NCBI GenBank assembly: GCA_011620345.1
Contig: WOZJ01000018.1
Location: forward strand, 62,001 to 83,957
From: Nitrospirota bacterium
Lineage (GTDB): Bacteria; UBA2233
Direction: 5' to 3'
DNA: 21,957 bases
The notes below the pieces were generated by a model. It ran no database searches and was not told the origin of the DNA. It saw nothing but the letters and a program-made list of their open reading frames with translations. Position numbers and translations under genes: made by a program. Positions 16,318-21,957 of this stretch are shown here, one piece after another. Position 1 is the stretch's first letter, and each line of letters opens with the position of its first letter.

Positions 16318-17840
16318 TTATGAGCGAGGAATATGGAGAACCTGCCCCTTTCTCAGCTTAGCATTTGGAGGAATTCCGTTCCAAGAAGCTATCTGTTTGT
16401 GGGGTACCCCGTAGCGCCTAGATAGGCCATAAAGCGTCTCGCCGGGCCGGACTTTGTGAAGGACAGNNNNNNNNNNNNNNNNNNNNNNNNNNNNNNNNNN
16501 NNNNNNNNNNNNNNNNNNNNNNNNNNNNNNNNNNNNNNNNNNNNNNNNNNNNNNNNNNNNNNNNNNTAGCGCCTAGATAGGCCATAAAGCGTCTCGCCGG
16601 GCCGGACTTTGTGAAGGACAGAAGCCATAGGCCGATTATGGACCTGCGACTTGTCTTTTGTAGGGAGAGACTGGTAGGCCTTTACCACCCTGCTTGCCTT
16701 ACCCTTGGGCACGTTGAGGGCGTAACCTTTCGGAAGATACGCCCTGCCTTCGAGCAGTTCTTTGGAAAGCGCGGGGTTTAGCCGCGCAATGTCTTCTGTG
16801 GAAATCCCGGAGCGTCTGGTCAGCTTGGCCAACGACACGACCGTAGGAAGTTCGACCTTCTGGTAGCGTAAAGGGTGCCTTCCGTCCCAGTCTCCGAACA
16901 GCCGATGCCTGTTTTCGTATGTCCAGAGCGCGGCAAGGAATTCCGAATAAAAGTTCTTCGAGGCAAACCCAAAAGAAGGACCTTGATACTGGGCGATAAT
17001 CCGCATGAGGTTATTCGAACCTACCTCATTAGAAGCTCTCACCATGCCATAGGTTCCGTGGTTGTACGCCGTGAGCGCCAAAGGCCAAGTCCCAAGCCTT
17101 TCGTAGTTGTCCTTGAGCAGACGGGCCGCAGCATCCGTGGATTTCCACGGATCTTTTCTTTCGTCGATGTGACGGGTGACCCTCAAGTCGTAGGACCTTG
17201 CCGTCCCTTTCATGAATTGCCACATTCCGCCGGCGCCGGCTGATGACCTGGCGTCCGGGTTGCACATGCTCTCGACGAACACGAGCCTAGTTAGTTCGGT
17301 CGGCAGTCCATGCTGAAGGAAAATCCCCTCCATCATCGGCATGTAAAGCCTCGAGCGTTGGATTGCCTCTCGAAAGCGGTCTTTGAGGCCCCATTGGACG
17401 CGGATCCGGCCATCTTCGGCGGCCTCGAGAAAGGTGGCCTTTGAAACCCTGACGCCAAAAAGCTTTCGAACGCGGGTTTCTTCCGCATTGAATGGGCCTT
17501 TTGGCCATTTCTTTGCAATAGACAACAAAATGCCTTGATAGTAGGCCTTGATGTTGTCTAGAAACGGCTGCTGCTCTTCCCACAACCCGGGCACGCTGCC
17601 CGCCGCCTCGATCATGGGGGCATAGTCTACGATCTCGTAAACTACACCAAGGCGGTTCCTATCGTGCACAATCGCTTGCGCGGAGGTGAACTCTGAATAG
17701 ACAAGCTTCCAGAACTCCACGTTGGGAACAAGCCCACGCCAAACAGGAAAGCGCGCCTTTGCCCAGCCTGGCGTCCCAGAAAGTAGCACCGAAAGCGAAA
17801 CGGCCAAAACAAACGCCCAACTTCTAGAAAATTTTGCCAT
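16318..17840 (-). CDS. mltD: MltD-like lytic murein transglycosylase with signal peptide, SLT domain and C-terminal LysM domain(s); spans the assembly gap
   Basis: SLT motifs LVFVES...P.A.SSAGA.GMWQFM..TA, DER.DP..ST.AAA..L, W.LALTAYNHG. A LysM begins HKVRPGETLYGLSRR; collapsing the duplicated 55 bp around the gap continues it as YGVPHKQIASWNGIPPNAKLRKGQVLHIPRS to a stop at 16320-16318. The track end at 16389 is out of frame because of the gap. Confidence 0.85.
16412..16621. other. 100-N scaffold gap (16467-16566) flanked by an exact 55-bp direct duplication
   Basis: 16412-16466 is identical to 16567-16621. Confidence 0.95.
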
Positions 17841-17859
17841 ACCCCTCTCCAAGCGTGGG

Positions 17860-19335
17860 CTATCCGTTCTCCGCCAATGCTTCTATCAATTCATCTTCAA
17901 AGCGCTTGGCCTCGTGTGTTTCGCCCATATGGTTCACAAACACGCAAAACGCCACCGTATTGCCCTTGGCCGAACCAAGATACCCTGCAAGCGCGCTTAC
18001 CTTGTCAAGCGTCCCTGTTTTGGCCCGGATCGTTTGCCGCAACGGATTGCCTGCAAAACGCCTAGAAAGCGTTCCTGGTCTTCCCGGTACCGCCAAGGAG
18101 GCCTTGAAGGCTTCGAACCGGTCCGGATTGGCATGCATATAGTGAAGAAGCTTAATCGTCGCGAAGGGGCTTACCCGGTTATTTTTCGACAGCCCTGCGG
18201 CATCGAAGAGCTCGGCCTGCGTCTTTGGAATGCGCACGGTCTGCTCAAGGAAGCGGGACAACGCTTGAATCCCGGAGGCATGGTCTGCTTTGTGCTGGGT
18301 TGAGATAGCGCCAAACGCCAGAAGGAACCCTTCGGCCATCGTGTTGTTGCTGTAGGCGTTCATCGGGTACAGAACCTCAGGCAACGGGCCTGAGGATACG
18401 CTCGCGATCTCGGCAGCCCCTTGGATGGGATCTTCGTGCACCTGGATTGCGTCTTTTTGAATGCTTGCTCCCGCCTTTTCGAGCGCCCGCTTAAACACCA
18501 GCCCGGCCAGCTGCTCGGGGGATTTCACTTGCTTATACAGGACCCTGGTCCTTCGGGGGCCTATGCTGCCAGAGACAGATACCATGCCTTGGTCAGTAAG
18601 CGTGGCATAAACCCTCGCGCGCTTGCCGGATACCGTCCTTGCGCGGTTCGTTACGGGCAAGTCGGGATCAACCTCCACAAGGGCCGGACGGCCTACCTTC
18701 GAAGCCCCTCGAACGCGTACCTCGATGTTGTTGTACTGAAGCGACAATGGGCTGACCACGCCCATGTAGGCCATCGCCCCGGATGTATGCGCCCAATCAT
18801 CGCCAAAAACATCTGCATCGGCATAAAAATGCCTTTCCGGAGGAACGAAAAGGCTTGTATCTACGCCGACTCCACCTTCGATCTTATGAATCCCCCTGGC
18901 ACGGACCAAAACGCCTGCAAGCGCTCGAATATCCTTATCGTCCAACCCTGGATACCCAGAACCCTTCAAAATTAAATCGCCACGCAAAATTCCTCGCTCA
19001 ATCTCCAGGCTGCCATTTGTGAGGACCTTGGTGACGAAACGATAATTCGTACCAAGCGTGCTTAAAAGGGCCGACGTAACGAAGACCTTTGCAACGGAAG
19101 CGGGGACAAACACGTCTTTCGGGTTATAGGCCATGAGGAACCGGTTGTCATCTAAATCAAAGGCAAGGACGCCAACATGAGCCTCTGGATGCTTGACTAC
19201 AAAGCGGTGGACAACTTCACTTGGCGTTCCCGATGCAAAGGCAAAACCCGGAATAAGACACCCGAGGGCAAAAAAAAGGATAGGATAGATCCACCAACCT
19301 TTAGCACGAGTCGTGCCTACAAACGCCCAACTCAT
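17860..19335 (-). CDS. dacB: D-alanyl-D-alanine carboxypeptidase/endopeptidase (PBP4, peptidase S13)
   Basis: Signal peptide, SxxK (PASVAK), LKGSG.P, SxN (YSNN), D..GLS..NRVSP and KTG (AKTGTL..VSALAGY). Confidence 0.93.
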   Translation of the reverse strand: MSWAFVGTTRAKGWWIYPILFFALGCLIPGFAFASGTPSEVVHRFVVKHPEAHVGVLAFDLDDNRFLMAYNPKDVFVPASVAKVFVTSALLSTLGTNYRFVTKVLTNGSLEIERGILRGDLILKGSGYPGLDDKDIRALAGVLVRARGIHKIEGGVGVDTSLFVPPERHFYADADVFGDDWAHTSGAMAYMGVVSPLSLQYNNIEVRVRGASKVGRPALVEVDPDLPVTNRARTVSGKRARVYATLTDQGMVSVSGSIGPRRTRVLYKQVKSPEQLAGLVFKRALEKAGASIQKDAIQVHEDPIQGAAEIASVSSGPLPEVLYPMNAYSNNTMAEGFLLAFGAISTQHKADHASGIQALSRFLEQTVRIPKTQAELFDAAGLSKNNRVSPFATIKLLHYMHANPDRFEAFKASLAVPGRPGTLSRRFAGNPLRQTIRAKTGTLDKVSALAGYLGSAKGNTVAFCVFVNHMGETHEAKRFEDELIEALAENG

Positions 19336-19389
19336 CCCCGACCAAGCGCGCTGTTTATACGTTCATAAAGCTCTGTATTAGGTAAAAGC

Positions 19390-19419
19390 ATCTTAAATAA
19401 GTAGGCCTTTGATTGTCAA
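19390..19419 (-). promoter_or_regulatory. Putative sigma70 promoter for dacB-mltD
   Basis: Minus strand: perfect -35 TTGACA (19419-19414), 18-bp spacer, -10 TAAGAT (19395-19390), in the AT-rich gap upstream of dacB. Confidence 0.55.
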
Positions 19420-19426
19420 GTAGACC

Positions 19427-20881
19427 TTAAGAAACCTTCAGTATACGCTCCAGCGTGGCATCGAGGGCCATTGGCGTCAAGCTGCCAACCCAAACAAAAA
19501 CCCCTCCCTCAAAACCCGGCAGGGGCCTAGTAATCACTCCGGTCGAAAGAACACACACTCCGACCGAAAAACCCTCGAGCGCTTCGAGACAACGGCGAAC
19601 CTCTTGGCTTCGCGGCGGAGTTCCCATTCGAACAAGCACGGCTTGTCCTCGCTCCATCCCTTCTTTCGTCCGATGAAAGCCAACAGATACCGACTCTAGG
19701 CCCTTTTGGAAGAGCACCTCTGCAAGTAAGGCGCTAGGTTCTTCTTCGACGACAAACACCTTCCCTTTGGGTGGGACCAAGAAGGGCAAACGAGCGTTAG
19801 GGTCGAAGACCCTTACTATGCTTCGAGAGAGCCGTTTCGCAACCTCGAGCCGCTGTTGGCTCGAAGAGAACGTTGCCTTTGCGCTTAAGGCTCTGTTTGA
19901 TAGTACGCTTGAAACCAAACGCCCGATACGCGCCCTTGCTTCTTCAAGCCTCCTAGCCGGGATTCGTCCGGATTGAACGGCCAGAGAAAACCCATGAATC
20001 GCCAAGGCCTGTCTGCCCTTGTCCGGGCCGATTGTGAGCACATCGCAGCCGGCCAAAAACGCCCGGACCGCCGCTTCGGCAATGTCTCCTTGAAACGGCG
20101 CGAGCGCCGCCTGCATGAGCAGGTCATCGCTTACAACGGCCCCTTGAAACCCAAGCCCTTCCCTTAAAAAACCTTCAAGAAGGGTTCGAGAAAACGTCGC
20201 AGGGAGGTCCGGGTCGTAGGCCGGGTACCGGACGTGCGACGGGATGATAATTGGCACACCCGATGCAACGAGCGCCCTGAACGGCCAAAGGCCGCGCTGA
20301 AATCGCTCGGAGAAGCCCTCATCTTGAGGCGCCAAGGAAGGGTGAAGGTGGGTGTCCATGAATGCATGCCCATGCCCGGGAAAATGCTTCGCCGCCCCAA
20401 GGACAAACGCCCTTTGAAGGCCCTTGAGAAAGGCCGCGGCCATCTCAGCGACAACCTTCGGGTCCGAGCCGAACGAACGGGTTGCGATCGCCTCGTCTTC
20501 GGGCCAAAAAAGCGTATCGGCCACTGGAGCGAGGTCGATATCCACCCCGTGTTCTCTTAGGTACCCCCCCGTGAGCCACCCCACCTCTTCGACGATTCCC
20601 GGCTCGCCAAGGCTTGCCAGGGCAAACGCTGACGGGAAATCAGTTTCGGGTTCTTTCACCCTGCGCACCATCCCGCCTTCTTGGTCGATTCCGAAGATCG
20701 CAGGATCTACCCCGTGCTGGGCGCTCATGGACTGAACGGCACCAATACTACTTTCGAGCGTTCGGGCATTTAAGGACAGGTTGGAGAACAAAAGGAACAG
20801 GCGAACGCCCCTTCGAATCGCCCAGTCGGCGTGGGCGGACGCATCTTCAAGCCCAAGAAAAAAAAATTCTCCAAGCTGCAC
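19427..20881 (-). CDS. nagZ: GH3 beta-N-acetylhexosaminidase (NagZ-type) with a divergent C-terminal extension
   Basis: GIDQEGG.V.R, LAPVAD, RSFG.DP, KHFPGHG...DTH (NagZ Asp-His dyad), PAT.S and nucleophile region VVSDDL.M, AGCD. No signal peptide seen. Confidence 0.88.
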   Translation of the reverse strand: MQLGEFFFLGLEDASAHADWAIRRGVRLFLLFSNLSLNARTLESSIGAVQSMSAQHGVDPAIFGIDQEGGMVRRVKEPETDFPSAFALASLGEPGIVEEVGWLTGGYLREHGVDIDLAPVADTLFWPEDEAIATRSFGSDPKVVAEMAAAFLKGLQRAFVLGAAKHFPGHGHAFMDTHLHPSLAPQDEGFSERFQRGLWPFRALVASGVPIIIPSHVRYPAYDPDLPATFSRTLLEGFLREGLGFQGAVVSDDLLMQAALAPFQGDIAEAAVRAFLAGCDVLTIGPDKGRQALAIHGFSLAVQSGRIPARRLEEARARIGRLVSSVLSNRALSAKATFSSSQQRLEVAKRLSRSIVRVFDPNARLPFLVPPKGKVFVVEEEPSALLAEVLFQKGLESVSVGFHRTKEGMERGQAVLVRMGTPPRSQEVRRCLEALEGFSVGVCVLSTGVITRPLPGFEGGVFVWVGSLTPMALDATLERILKVS

Positions 20882-20884
20882 GCG

Positions 20885-21871
20885 CTAGCTCTTCCTTGCA
20901 ACGAGCAATCCCGTACCCTTTCCAACGTCAGGCTTAAGAGACGCCTCTTTGAAGCCGGTTCGGGCAAGCATAGTGGCGTACTCCTCGAAGCTGTAGCAGC
21001 GCCCCTCTTGCGTGACGGCTAGCATGTGGACAGAGAACAAGCAGGCATCGAGCGGCCTGGTTTTGTCCTGCTCCAACACGTAATCCTGGATAATGACCCG
21101 GCCTTTCGGCCTAAGGGCGGCATGAATTTTTTGAAGGACGTGCTCGACCCAAGGCTTTGGCCTGGCATGGAAGAGGTGAGACACCCAAACAAGGTCGTAG
21201 GGGCCCAAAAAATCGTCCTCGGCACAATCGCCCTCCACGATGTCGACAAGTCGTGCCCCGCCCTTCTCCTCGAGAATCCGCCTTGTCACCTTAAGTGTTC
21301 TTGGAAGGTCAAACAGCGTCACGCGCATCGAAGGCCTTTTCTCTTTAAACGCTAGAGCGTATGTTCCTGGCCCTCCTCCTAGATCGAGAATACTCTCTGC
21401 CCCCTCCCATTCGATCGCATCGGCCACCTCTTTTGCGACCAAACGGGCAACGTCGTCCATGGCGCGAACAAACCGCTCGATAGCCGTCAAATCCCCGCCC
21501 AAGAACTCACCTTCCTTGGGCTTGCCCGTAACAAGCGTATGCTCTAGGTTTGCCCAGGATTTTACCGTATCGTTTGTGTGCTTAAGAATGTCTTGAAGCG
21601 GATGTTCTGAGTTCTTCAGCAGGTGAGCCTTTGAGATGGGCGCAAGCGAGAACAGCTCTCCTTCTTTTTGGAGCAGCCCAAGGGCAACGAGCGCCGGCAG
21701 GACGATTTCTAGCGCTCGGGGGTTGAGGCTTGTCGCCTGTCCAGCCTCTTCTGTAGTCAAAGGGCCCCTTGCGAAGGCATCAAACAGGCCAACCTCGTTG
21801 GCGGCAAGCAAGATCTTCGCCTGCCGGTACGAAGAGGCCAAGCGAAGAATGTCCCATCCGCTCGAAATCAT
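20885..21871 (-). CDS. SAM-dependent O-methyltransferase, family 2 (dimerisation/winged-helix N-domain plus MTase domain)
   Basis: L.AA.E.GLFD N-domain, RF..AM, ILDLGGGPG motif I, FDLP, EGD and AL.P.GR..I.D. A long GGAGGTGA SD precedes the ATG. Confidence 0.9.
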   Translation of the reverse strand: MISSGWDILRLASSYRQAKILLAANEVGLFDAFARGPLTTEEAGQATSLNPRALEIVLPALVALGLLQKEGELFSLAPISKAHLLKNSEHPLQDILKHTNDTVKSWANLEHTLVTGKPKEGEFLGGDLTAIERFVRAMDDVARLVAKEVADAIEWEGAESILDLGGGPGTYALAFKEKRPSMRVTLFDLPRTLKVTRRILEEKGGARLVDIVEGDCAEDDFLGPYDLVWVSHLFHARPKPWVEHVLQKIHAALRPKGRVIIQDYVLEQDKTRPLDACLFSVHMLAVTQEGRCYSFEEYATMLARTGFKEASLKPDVGKGTGLLVARKS

Positions 21872-21905
21872 ATCACCTCACCTCCCATTAAAGATCGCTT
21901 TTGTC

Positions 21906-21914
21906 AGTGTAGCA
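21906..21914 (-). promoter_or_regulatory. Possible extended -10 promoter for the methyltransferase-nagZ unit
   Basis: Minus strand TG-C-TACACT about 35 bp upstream of the ATG at 21871; no convincing -35. Confidence 0.35.
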
Positions 21915-21957
21915 CGCCCCGAAAAGCAACCCGGAGCCCGTAAGGAGCATGAGCCTT

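Noticed and set aside
16389..16466. Track C-terminus LSFTKSGPARRFMAYLGATGYPTNR, or an mltD pseudogene call
   Set aside because: Produced by reading through an arbitrary 100-N gap; the other frame gives a proper LysM ending at 16318.
16412..16621. CRISPR repeats or insertion target-site duplication
   Set aside because: Only two copies, both abutting the gap and encoding LysM sequence; no cas or transposase genes in the window.
17722..18975. Long antisense ORFs (193 aa at 17722-18303, 184 aa at 18421-18975), likewise 1402-1977
   Set aside because: They lie opposite strongly supported genes (dacB/mltD, nuoD) and show no family motifs; expected from codon bias on the sense strand.

Overview
Gene-dense bacterial chromosomal window, GC-rich by eye, probably from an assembled or metagenomic scaffold (one 100-N gap). 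Protein style loosely suggests a deltaproteobacteria-like or similar lineage (inference only). The left half is core metabolism: the 5' part of a minus-strand complex I operon (nuoA-B-C-D-E and the start of nuoF), a minus-strand thiDN-fabD pair, and a divergent plus-strand folD-gcvT-gcvH-gcvPA-gcvPB one-carbon/glycine cleavage operon. The right half is envelope-related and more accessory: an orphan TonB-family gene, a candidate 63-aa small ORF followed by a switch-like RNA structure, bactofilin plus a degenerate methyltransferase-fold protein, a PaaK/CapK-like adenylating enzyme overlapping a UPF0104/MprF-flippase-like membrane gene, and a minus-strand O-methyltransferase-nagZ-dacB-mltD(LysM) peptidoglycan cluster. 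No rRNA, tRNA, CRISPR array or mobile element was recognised. The best candidates for undescribed biology are the adenylating enzyme/flippase pair, the bactofilin/pseudo-methyltransferase pair with its upstream small ORF and alternative RNA folds, the archaeal-type ThiDN fusion, and a palindrome plus direct-repeat element on the nuo promoter.
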